Virus record (IMG/VR): IMGVR_UViG_3300044972_002389
Coordinates: 186,001 to 250,000 of that record
DNA length: 64,000 nucleotides
Reading direction: 5' to 3' (one strand)
Both the position numbers and the translations under genes were made by a program. The notes under the pieces were generated by a model. The model ran no database searches, was not told the origin of the DNA, and saw nothing but the letters and a program-made list of their open reading frames with translations. Each line of letters starts with the position of its first letter. Within the stretch, counting starts at the first letter, position 1. Positions 55,886 to 64,000 of this stretch are shown one piece after another.

Positions 55886-57504
55886 CATGTTTTATACCAT
55901 ATCCATTTAGCGTTGCCACAATCCCAAATCCTTTCCAAGCCTGCCCCTTGGGCCATGGAATATTCAGTGCAGCCTTCTGTAACAAGATGGGGATACTTTT
56001 TGATCATGGACTGTTTGTTGAATGTAAATCTATGATATCGTTTGAAGTCAGGATTTTTGAGACTGAAATACCAATAATTGGGTGGGGTATCTTCAAAGCG
56101 CCTAAATCCCAGATGTGCAAGATATAACCCTTGGCCCCATCTGAGGTCAGCATAACTGAGCACACTTTGGGGCTGATATGTTTTCTCAAAATGATTAAAC
56201 AATCTTGCAGCAATACCAGCATAATGCTGCCCATCTGTGCTGAATCGCACCATTTCCCACTGCCAAACTTCTTTGGGCTTTGTGAACTTTCGACCTTGAC
56301 TGAATGTCATCACAGCAACCAATTTTTGATTTAGGTCATATGCACCCACAGCAACTTCTGCTTTGGCTGCGCCACTTATATGATGGGTGTTCAAGAAATC
56401 TGTTGCTTGACTACTGGAGATGCAAGAGAGTCTGAGGCATCGGGCCCCGGGCCCTCGTTTATTGATGCCCAATATTTGTGATAGCCTAGATTTCACAATT
56501 TGTGATCTATTGAGCCATTCATCCTCAAATATGGTTATCAATTTGATGCCTTGGTCTCGACAGGCAATATATTTGTTCTTGTGATACCCTCGTTGTTTGT
56601 GACGCTGACTATGCCAATATAAGCCACAATATTCTATGCCAAGGTGCTGACTCTCACTATAGAGGTCAATTTCCTGCTTGTTAAGCAAGGTTGTTCGAGT
56701 TTTCTCAAAATCAACAAAACCTTGAGCTTTCAACCAGCTGTTCAACTGTAGTTCAGCTGATATTTCATTTGGCTGGCGGATTCCCCATATTTTGAGGTAT
56801 TTGAGTATTGTGGTCTCACAAACAGCTAGTTCTTGAGCCATATTTGATATATTTGATGTTTCAAACATGGTTTTGAGCGCAACAGGATCATTAAGCACTT
56901 GGTTTGCAAGAGAACTATAATTTTTCTGAGCTGGGTTTGAGACACCGTATTTGTTATTAAGAGTTTCTGTTGTTTTGGCGATCACATCCTGCCTCTTGCT
57001 ATGCCAATCTACGCCATACTGCTCTAGGCATTGTTGTCTTATCCTTTCCACATTTTTAGGATCCTTCATGGGATTGTTCACTAATCGATGAGTATCTACG
57101 TGGGGAAGGCAGAACGCATTTGACACCCCATATGTATTTTCAAGTGTTTGTTGTGCTTTAGCTTTGGATTTAGGATTTGCTAGCCCTACACCGCCGTTCT
57201 CTTTGAGAACCTTAACACGACGTTCTGTTGCAGCAGCCTTGGCATGCACACACTCTTTTGAACAGAATTCTCTGTGACCCTTGGTTATGCTAATAAAGCT
57301 TACTGATTTTCCACATACACATGCAGGGGGCTGGCTAAGCTGTTTAACATAGCAATAGATCTTCTCGCTCAATAGATCACAGTACTGGCTTGCACTCCAA
57401 GAATTCACAGTGGTCAACAAGTTCACGTCATGTTTGACTCTAGTTGCAATACCATCTATCTTGTGATTGCTTAGCAGATTTTGGATCTTTTCAAGTGGTG
57501 TCAT
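55885..57504 (-). CDS. free-standing putative homing endonuclease, paralog of 31067-32788
   Basis: YGV.N repeats; EIDLY....GIEYCGLYWHS; LITIFEDEW; SYADLRW; IWDCGN; TAAATA at 57537-57542 (minus). Confidence 0.75.
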   Translation of the reverse strand: MTPLEKIQNLLSNHKIDGIATRVKHDVNLLTTVNSWSASQYCDLLSEKIYCYVKQLSQPPACVCGKSVSFISITKGHREFCSKECVHAKAAATERRVKVLKENGGVGLANPKSKAKAQQTLENTYGVSNAFCLPHVDTHRLVNNPMKDPKNVERIRQQCLEQYGVDWHSKRQDVIAKTTETLNNKYGVSNPAQKNYSSLANQVLNDPVALKTMFETSNISNMAQELAVCETTILKYLKIWGIRQPNEISAELQLNSWLKAQGFVDFEKTRTTLLNKQEIDLYSESQHLGIEYCGLYWHSQRHKQRGYHKNKYIACRDQGIKLITIFEDEWLNRSQIVKSRLSQILGINKRGPGARCLRLSCISSSQATDFLNTHHISGAAKAEVAVGAYDLNQKLVAVMTFSQGRKFTKPKEVWQWEMVRFSTDGQHYAGIAARLFNHFEKTYQPQSVLSYADLRWGQGLYLAHLGFRRFEDTPPNYWYFSLKNPDFKRYHRFTFNKQSMIKKYPHLVTEGCTEYSMAQGAGLERIWDCGNAKWIWYKT

Positions 57505-57640
57505 AATAGGGCCTTGTGTGATAGATGTTACACTACTATTTACACATATAATAGGGATCTGTATCCAATAAAGTCAATATTGACACACCCCCTTCCCTAA
57601 GCCAAACTCTACTTGATTACCTATACTCAGGAATAATACG

Positions 57641-58675
57641 ATGGAACGGCTACCCGACCTCAAAACAGAAGTTTTGCCATTCAATGGTTTGAATCTACAC
57701 ATAAACAAAGCTGACTTCTGGAGCAGCAAGCTACGTCTCCAAAATGACAATTGGTTGTTCAAGAAATGGTGGAAAAGCTGGAAGTCACTGGGACTGGAAG
57801 GACCAGGACTGCTGTTGGATATTGGTGCAAACTATGGTGTTGCCAGCTGGGAATTTTTGAGTCAAAGCTTCTGTAGTCAAACAATTATGTTTGAACCCAT
57901 TCAAGAAAATTGTGAATGCATAATGCGTAGCTATGCAGGCAAGGAAAGCATTTATCAAATCCACAACCAGGCAGTGAGTCAACAAAGTGGAGAAATCAGC
58001 TTTCAATACAATCCCAAACAAACTGGCACCAGCCATATTGTGGGATCAGAGGGCGGAAACCGCACTGTGAAAACTGTTTGCATTGACAGCCTTGATCTTC
58101 CCAAAATCAAGCTCATGAAAATTGATGTTGAAGGTCATGAGCTTGATGTTCTCAAAGGTGCGGCTGCCCGTATTCAACAAGACCAACCTTGGATATTCTT
58201 TGAATGCAATCACAATAATGCAGTGGAACTGCAAAAAGTCACTAATGTAATCAATTGGTTCTTGGAACATGATTATGTTCCTATTAGTAGTAGCTATCAT
58301 CAAATTTTGACTGAAACTGATATCAGGGCCAGCAGCCTCGCAAGCAACAGCATCCTGGCAGGTGTGAACGATCTATTGGCTGTGCCTCGAGCCCTGCTGC
58401 CCAGCAACAGTGAGAAAGTCCATCTCTACAAAGTGTATCAGGAGCAATTGACAAAATCTGGAAAAGTCAGCTTTTGGAAAGATAGGGTGCCTTGGTTTCA
58501 GTTGAACGCTAGGGAAATGGCCAAGCTAGACAAACTGCCGGAGGAGGGAGAAACTTTGTCTCCCAGCCGCAGTAACAAAGTTTATACGCGAGAGGGAGAT
58601 TTGGTTGTTTTTACAGAAAGGTTTTTTCAACAGTTTCCAGAATATCAAAACGCATTGAGTGATATCTTTACATGA
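57641..58675 (+). CDS. FkbM-family SAM-dependent methyltransferase
   Basis: LDIGANYG, FEP, MKIDVEGHE..VLKGA motifs. Confidence 0.88.
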   Translation: MERLPDLKTEVLPFNGLNLHINKADFWSSKLRLQNDNWLFKKWWKSWKSLGLEGPGLLLDIGANYGVASWEFLSQSFCSQTIMFEPIQENCECIMRSYAGKESIYQIHNQAVSQQSGEISFQYNPKQTGTSHIVGSEGGNRTVKTVCIDSLDLPKIKLMKIDVEGHELDVLKGAAARIQQDQPWIFFECNHNNAVELQKVTNVINWFLEHDYVPISSSYHQILTETDIRASSLASNSILAGVNDLLAVPRALLPSNSEKVHLYKVYQEQLTKSGKVSFWKDRVPWFQLNAREMAKLDKLPEEGETLSPSRSNKVYTREGDLVVFTERFFQQFPEYQNALSDIFT

Positions 58676-58711
58676 TCAAAGGAGCTGGATTTGTGTCCAG
58701 CTCCTTTGATT
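58675..58711. terminator. bidirectional intrinsic terminator
   Basis: ATCAAAGGAGCTGGA...TCCAGCTCCTTTGAT between convergent genes. Confidence 0.8.
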
Positions 58712-58712
58712 G

Positions 58713-59600
58713 TTAAAAGCCCAAGCTTTTCAAAGCGTCCTTGGCCATCTTGATGCCGTCTTCAGCAGCTTTGGCGTCTGGACCCTTGCTTGCACCACGC
58801 GGCAGCACACCCTCGCAAATCAGCGTTGCAATAACTGGGGAGATGGCTGATCCCACAGCAATACCAACACCGGCTGGTGTACCCCAGAGATATGCATTAG
58901 TAATCGTTGTGTTGATGCAATTTGACAGAGCATTGAACACAAGTGTCTTGTTCACTTGACCCTTTACCCCTGGAATCAAAAACAAGCCTTCGGTTATGAT
59001 GTAACTGATACTGCAACTCAATGCCATAGTTTGTGCTGCGGAGGCAGCCTTACCCGCTTGTGATGCAAACCAGGCAACCCAGGTCATGCTGGCTGCGGTT
59101 GAATTCACAGTGCCTGGATCACCTGGAGCAGGCTTGGGAGCAAAGTAGAGCACTATACCAGTTGTGAGTGCATAGTTCAAGCCAATTCTACAGGCATTAG
59201 CATCCGCCCAGGCATATGCATCTTCAGCAGCTTTGACAACTGCCTCAGCACCATCCTTATACAAGTCTTGTGCTAGAGCACTGCCCTTCTTCCACTCATC
59301 ACTAGCAACGTTGATGCCCTGTTTGGCAGCCTCTTCGGTGTTTTTGGCAACGGTGTTGGCAACACTTGCACTCACAGCAGCAGTATTGTTAGCCAAGCTT
59401 ACTGAATAATTGTAGGCATCAGACGCTGCCTTAGATGCGTCCTTGTAGGCATCAGTGGCTGTGTTGGCTATTGTGTCAACAGCCTTGTCAACAGTTTTGG
59501 TAGTTTCTTTAACCACAGTGTTGCTGGTGTCAGTGACAGTTTTTGTCACACTGTTGGTGGCCTTTTTGACGTCCTTGGTGCTGGGCATTTTTATTTTCAT
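58713..59600 (-). CDS. hypothetical protein (A/T/K-rich amphipathic repeats + hydrophobic C-terminal domain)
   Basis: AAGGA RBS; 11-residue periodic N-terminal half. Confidence 0.7.
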   Translation of the reverse strand: MKIKMPSTKDVKKATNSVTKTVTDTSNTVVKETTKTVDKAVDTIANTATDAYKDASKAASDAYNYSVSLANNTAAVSASVANTVAKNTEEAAKQGINVASDEWKKGSALAQDLYKDGAEAVVKAAEDAYAWADANACRIGLNYALTTGIVLYFAPKPAPGDPGTVNSTAASMTWVAWFASQAGKAASAAQTMALSCSISYIITEGLFLIPGVKGQVNKTLVFNALSNCINTTITNAYLWGTPAGVGIAVGSAISPVIATLICEGVLPRGASKGPDAKAAEDGIKMAKDALKSLGF

Positions 59601-59697
59601 TCTTGGTCCTTATATACATAGAGAGTTGTTGCCATCATTATAGCAGAGTCAGGACATACATTGCTACTTTGTTACTGGTGTTACTGAGGCAAAAATA

Positions 59698-60462
59698 CTA
59701 ACAAGGTAAGTAGGAAATGTATTTTTTTACACCCAATTGGCACATCAATTCTAATATTCTGTCAGCATTTGGGCTTTTTTGAATACTCAATAAGTTTCTG
59801 ATAACTCTCTCGTCATCTTCTTGGTCAGCTAACAAGCTAATGTGTTTCTTGATCCACTCAAGGTCTGTTTTCACCATAAGTGGTTGTGGAAACATAGTCA
59901 AGGCTTTGAAGTATCGCATGATTTGGTTGGGATCGTCCTTGATGTTGGATTTAGTATCAGGCAACATTCGGATACGACTGTGCTTCAAATCGGCGTATCC
60001 GCCTTGATAATCCCAAATGTGGCCATGTAAATCCATACTCATGCTGTTGATTGTCAGGTCCCGCATTTCACTGTCTGTAGCCCAGTTTTTGGCTTTTTTG
60101 AGAAAAGGTCGAGCACCTTTCAACTGTATCCTGTAACCCAAACTGGTTATTTCCACTTTGTTTTTGTCCCCGTTCTGCCTAAAAACGGCTTTGATGGTGC
60201 CATGTTTGATGCCCTGTGTTTCTGCCTCAATTCCATATAGGTTCAAGAGAAACAACGTTTCACTAGGATCTGCGTCCACTACCAAATCAATATCCCGTGG
60301 TTTTTTATGTAGCAACATGTCTCTCACTGCACCACCTACAATCCGAGTGGACACATGATGATCATGAAGAATTTTCAAAATTTGCCGCGTATTGGGATCA
60401 ATAAATTGGTCCATTATTTGCATATCAACTTGTGCAACTGGCTTTGTGGGATACTGTTTCAT
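59698..60462 (-). CDS. cca: tRNA nucleotidyltransferase (CCA-adding / poly(A) polymerase family)
   Basis: VGGAVRD.LL...P.DID, EITS, D..MRDLTINSM, D..GG..DL; start moved to ATG 60462 after TAAATA at 60468-60473. Confidence 0.82.
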   Translation of the reverse strand: MKQYPTKPVAQVDMQIMDQFIDPNTRQILKILHDHHVSTRIVGGAVRDMLLHKKPRDIDLVVDADPSETLFLLNLYGIEAETQGIKHGTIKAVFRQNGDKNKVEITSLGYRIQLKGARPFLKKAKNWATDSEMRDLTINSMSMDLHGHIWDYQGGYADLKHSRIRMLPDTKSNIKDDPNQIMRYFKALTMFPQPLMVKTDLEWIKKHISLLADQEDDERVIRNLLSIQKSPNADRILELMCQLGVKKYISYLPC

Positions 60463-60470
60463 AGGATTAT

Positions 60471-62354
60471 TTAGAGGCTGAGACGCCATAAGCCCTGTGT
60501 ATACGTGCTCTTGGGAAAAGCTTTCCATTCTTGATTCGTCCAAAGAAACCATTTTTGACTGTATTGATTCAACACCAATGTCTGCAAAGGGCTGCTGCTG
60601 TCAAAGGCCAAAACCCATTGTGAGCCGTTGTATTCAATTATATCGTTGGCAATAACAGGGTAAATTACTTGCACAAAATCTCCAATTTGTGCAACAGAGT
60701 CTCCTGACAAAACCACTTGGTATTGAAGTGCATTCAATTGTACAATTTGCACAACACTTGCAGTTTGTGTAATGCCTGACCCAAATAGGATTTGCATGCT
60801 GCGGTTCAGGCTTAACTGGGCTTGATCAACAGGTTCTATTACCAGTTCGTTGGTGCTGACCCTACCAACTACCAGTGCCTGCACATTTGGTATTGCCTGA
60901 ACATTGCCCCACGCGCCGCTTTGAAATGCAATTTCATTTGTCAACAAATATCTTTGACCAAATCTTTCCTCAGTCAAGCCAGAGCCAGGGTAAGTGCGCT
61001 GTGGATCAATAACAGCAGTGATGGGAGGAAGTTGATCTCCGGGCCAACTGGAAAGTTTGCCTTTCCAAATCAAATAGTTTTGGTTGGTGGGATGAAAATC
61101 AATATATCCCACAATGTCAGAGTCTCTGTTGTCAAGATCATCTGTTGACAACAGCCTTATTTGGCTAGCGTTTTCTTGGAAACTGCTTTGGGGTTTTACT
61201 GCGCCATATTTGTCCAAGAGCCTCCACCAAGCCAAGGTTCCGCCCTTGTATATGGTGGGCTGAAATCCCAAATCTTGGATTGGTGTGCCTTCCACGTTTT
61301 CCAAGACAATATCTCCACCAGTCATGTTCCAAAATTCAATTTGCTGATTCAAATTAAAAACTGCGTTCAAACTGGGTTCAACAGTTCGCACTCGAATCAA
61401 GTTGATTAAATCATCAATACTTGTGTTGGGTATTGTTATAGCTTGCCCATTGAACTTGAATGTAGTACCAGGTGTCAATACAGGATTTTTTCTGCCCAAC
61501 ACACGGGTCGGCAATGTCTGAGGATCAATCGTACTACCAGAAGGACTTTGTAGGCTGATTTCCCAGGTGTTTTCACCTGCATTGGCCATGGCAATACAGG
61601 CATCCAGAGGAGTTGTTAACACTCTACTCAGCAAAGACTGTTCGGTCCACTCCATTGTGTTGGGATCATATTCACCTTCACGTATATTTGTTACAATCTC
61701 TTGAATTATCTTTTGTAGTTTTACTTTGGCTGGTGGATTTATGAAAATTGGCACTTTGTATTCAACAGTACAAACATCAATGGGGTTTTCTGTACCAATG
61801 GGAATACTTCGACTGCTCCAAGTGATGTTTGTGGGCTCAAGGGTTGTAATAGCTGTCCAGTCCAAGGGATTGTTCGATGTTTGAATATCAATCATTCCAT
61901 TATAGAGTACTTGGGTTTGCTCAATAAGCTCTTCTTTTTGGTTAAGGTTACTGGTCCAAAAGTCTACGTTGAAGGTCAGGTCAAAAGGTACAGCCATATA
62001 ACGTTCAACAGTGCTTCTGTTACCTTGTGTACCTAGGTAGCGACTATTTTCTCCGTCGTATTCACGTTCAATAACGTTTTGTGTTGAAACAAGGCTTGGA
62101 GCATGACGCCGGTTGGGTGCCAAACTCATGGCTGTCAAATAGACTGAGATGAAAGGGGCTGTTGGTAATTTGTTTTCACTGTTGGCATTTGTGATGGTTT
62201 CTGCCAAACGTGAAGGGTCACCATAGCGACAAGGCACTCGCCTCAGCTTCGGGGTGCCGTCGCTGTTGATACCCATGCTTACACTGAAGTTGCTGAATGC
62301 TCGTATGACTTGAAGTCTATACTGCCGTAGCTGTTGGTTGTACCAATATTCCAT
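60471..62354 (-). CDS. tail terminator / sheath stabiliser (T4 gp15-like) with long C-terminal extension
   Basis: Q.R.Y..Q..R.FSNF, VP.RYGD, VPFDL...VD.WT.N..QK..L.EQ, PPAKVK. Confidence 0.8.
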   Translation of the reverse strand: MEYWYNQQLRQYRLQVIRAFSNFSVSMGINSDGTPKLRRVPCRYGDPSRLAETITNANSENKLPTAPFISVYLTAMSLAPNRRHAPSLVSTQNVIEREYDGENSRYLGTQGNRSTVERYMAVPFDLTFNVDFWTSNLNQKEELIEQTQVLYNGMIDIQTSNNPLDWTAITTLEPTNITWSSRSIPIGTENPIDVCTVEYKVPIFINPPAKVKLQKIIQEIVTNIREGEYDPNTMEWTEQSLLSRVLTTPLDACIAMANAGENTWEISLQSPSGSTIDPQTLPTRVLGRKNPVLTPGTTFKFNGQAITIPNTSIDDLINLIRVRTVEPSLNAVFNLNQQIEFWNMTGGDIVLENVEGTPIQDLGFQPTIYKGGTLAWWRLLDKYGAVKPQSSFQENASQIRLLSTDDLDNRDSDIVGYIDFHPTNQNYLIWKGKLSSWPGDQLPPITAVIDPQRTYPGSGLTEERFGQRYLLTNEIAFQSGAWGNVQAIPNVQALVVGRVSTNELVIEPVDQAQLSLNRSMQILFGSGITQTASVVQIVQLNALQYQVVLSGDSVAQIGDFVQVIYPVIANDIIEYNGSQWVLAFDSSSPLQTLVLNQYSQKWFLWTNQEWKAFPKSTYTQGLWRLSL

Positions 62355-62797
62355 TAGCTGAGAAACAAGTCCCTTTCAGCATTTCGGCGGCGGGTCAAAC
62401 CTGCCAGTTCTTTGCCACCAGCTTTGTTCCATTTGGGGAACTCATCAGCAGCACCAGCATAGTCACCTGCATTGAGCTTTTTCAAGAGTGTGCTGCTACG
62501 TAAATTGCCAGCGCCTAGATTGTAAGTGAAACTCACAAGTGCGTCAAATTGGTTTTGTGTAACTGGCACAGAGACAGCACTGTTAACAGATTGCTCAAAT
62601 GCTTTGACATCAGTTTTCAGATAGTCGTTGGCTTGGGACTCTGTTATAACTGACGGCACTTTAACTGCTTGACTATTGATTTTGGTTGTGCCATAACCAA
62701 TAGTGGCTACACCTGCAGGACAGATATAGGCGTCCAATCGCAAGCCTTCAAAACTCTTGATAAGTGATAGCCCTTTTTCGCCTGTTGTTTTACTCAT
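62354..62797 (-). CDS. endolysin, GH24 lysozyme
   Basis: FEGLRL.AY.CPAGV.TIGYG (E-x8-C-x5-T), QNQFDALVSF.YNLG, GL.RRR.AER.LF; GAGGAG RBS before ATG 62797. Confidence 0.93.
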   Translation of the reverse strand: MSKTTGEKGLSLIKSFEGLRLDAYICPAGVATIGYGTTKINSQAVKVPSVITESQANDYLKTDVKAFEQSVNSAVSVPVTQNQFDALVSFTYNLGAGNLRSSTLLKKLNAGDYAGAADEFPKWNKAGGKELAGLTRRRNAERDLFLS

Positions 62798-62807
62798 GTT
62801 TGTCTCC

Positions 62808-63902
62808 TCATAAAATATCTGGATCGAGTTTGGGTTTGATAGCTGTGCGCAGGTTTTGGCGTTCATCAATCACACTACCATCTGTGAGAGTGGTTTTGTT
62901 TTTGTTGTTTATGAAGCTAGTGAGCACGCGGTTAGCGGGTAGCCACGGGGCCCTATAATTGGTCTCAACTCTCTTCCACTTTGATGCAGTCCGTTTGTAT
63001 AATACAGGGGGAACATAATCTAAGCGAAGGAAATAGTCGCCTTCTTTGTTAACAGCGGGAAAACTTGTGCCAGAAGGCACAGGTTTGCTTTGGTTTGGTG
63101 GGATACCGTCTGAGTTGTAGACTGAAATAGGTTGGTCTAAGTCCTCTTGAAGGATGTAAAAGTGTGTGCTTTGCCAGTTTCTGAATGCCACGTTAGCAGT
63201 AGCCTCTTCCAAAACACCATCGTTGATGCTGATTTCTTTGTCATATACGCTAGTGATATCACCAATTGTAGGCATGCTGCCGTCAGGATTGGGCTCAGGC
63301 ACAATTCCATCTCCACGATCTTCCAATTCTTTATTCAAAATGTCCTGGAACTCTTGACTGTCTGTAAGTGGTTGGCACTTCACACGCCATAGATGTGCCC
63401 ACCAAGTGGGGCTAAATCCTTCTGCAGGACGTGTGCCCTCTTGGATCACGTAAAACTTGTTGATGGGCCTGCCATCCAAAGTAGTGTCGTCTCTCATGTG
63501 CAGCACTTCAAGTACATCACCACTCATTAACCGTCGGCCCAGTTGGGTAACCATTTGGTTGATATGAAAGGTTATGAAAATTGTATCTGTTGACAGGAAA
63601 AAACCAAACTGCTTCAAATCAAACTCTGTGTCAGTGACTAAGTAGTGTCCCTTGAGGCTGTAGACGTCGTTGTCATATTTTCTGTCTCTCACCTCCAAGT
63701 TCACTAAGTCTGATATGCTGAGTAAGTTGGTTTCGTCTGTGTCAGGTGTAACAATCTTGGGATCTGGATTCAGTGGCCCAACGTACTTATGGCAATAAAA
63801 TTCTGTACCACCCATGTTCATATACTGAGATGCCATGCGATCAAAGAACTTGTAATCTTTGTTTTTCGCACCAACTCCATTCCAGAACGTCAACGGCGGC
63901 AT
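62808..63902 (-). CDS. neck / head-closure protein (T4 gp14-like)
   Basis: E.RDRKYD, FDLKQFG.FL..D..FITFH, GRRLMSGDVLE, HLWRVKC; TAAATA at 63923-63928 (minus). Confidence 0.8.
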   Translation of the reverse strand: MPPLTFWNGVGAKNKDYKFFDRMASQYMNMGGTEFYCHKYVGPLNPDPKIVTPDTDETNLLSISDLVNLEVRDRKYDNDVYSLKGHYLVTDTEFDLKQFGFFLSTDTIFITFHINQMVTQLGRRLMSGDVLEVLHMRDDTTLDGRPINKFYVIQEGTRPAEGFSPTWWAHLWRVKCQPLTDSQEFQDILNKELEDRGDGIVPEPNPDGSMPTIGDITSVYDKEISINDGVLEEATANVAFRNWQSTHFYILQEDLDQPISVYNSDGIPPNQSKPVPSGTSFPAVNKEGDYFLRLDYVPPVLYKRTASKWKRVETNYRAPWLPANRVLTSFINNKNKTTLTDGSVIDERQNLRTAIKPKLDPDIL

Positions 63903-64000
63903 AACATTTTCCTCATTTGTGATATTTATGATAGTCACACTCCTGACTCTTTCTTATGTTGAAAGCTGTATTACAGTCGTATTAAAACTTTAGAGCCTCA

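Noticed and set aside
1-64000. Stop-codon reassignment (alternative genetic code)
   Set aside because: Core genes are full length in code 11 and TAA, TAG and TGA all end genes at expected positions; the one in-frame break (46898) contains all three stop types
1-64000. tRNA or rRNA genes
   Set aside because: No cloverleaf with a T-loop GTTCRA and acceptor stem was seen in the intergenic regions; tRNAscan-SE would be needed to exclude them fully

Overview
64-kb segment of a large T4-like (jumbo-type) myophage genome. Positions 1-19.3 kb are a GC-richer, all plus-strand early region of small ORFs driven by repeated sigma70-type promoters (TTGAC-16/17 bp-TGCTANNNT). It also carries metabolic genes (UDP-glucuronate decarboxylase, purN, purM, pyrB), an SNF2 helicase and a glycosyltransferase. 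Positions 19.4-64 kb are an AT-richer late and replication region with TAAATA late promoters. It encodes baseplate genes (gp5, hub, gp53, gp48/54-like), late sigma factor gp55, gp47/gp46, a Holliday-junction resolvase, gp26/gp51-like proteins, a tape-measure-like protein, portal, collagen fibres, prohead core, protease, scaffold, major capsid, neck gp14, gp15, endolysin, a CCA-adding enzyme and four free-standing endonucleases. The main leads are: (1) a RuvC-less TnpB-like gene followed by a ~370-nt highly structured, pseudoknotted non-coding region and a phased AGATC tract; (2) a -1 frameshift signal (T TTT TTC plus hairpin) joining the gp26-like and an uncalled gp51-like ORF; (3) a ligase-like / HIGH-nucleotidyltransferase / Acb1-like polyprotein whose domains are bounded by prohead-protease-type motifs; (4) a collagen fibre gene split in frame by a structured 126-nt insert, next to a prolyl-hydroxylase-like oxygenase. 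All family calls come from recognising motifs by eye; no searches were run.
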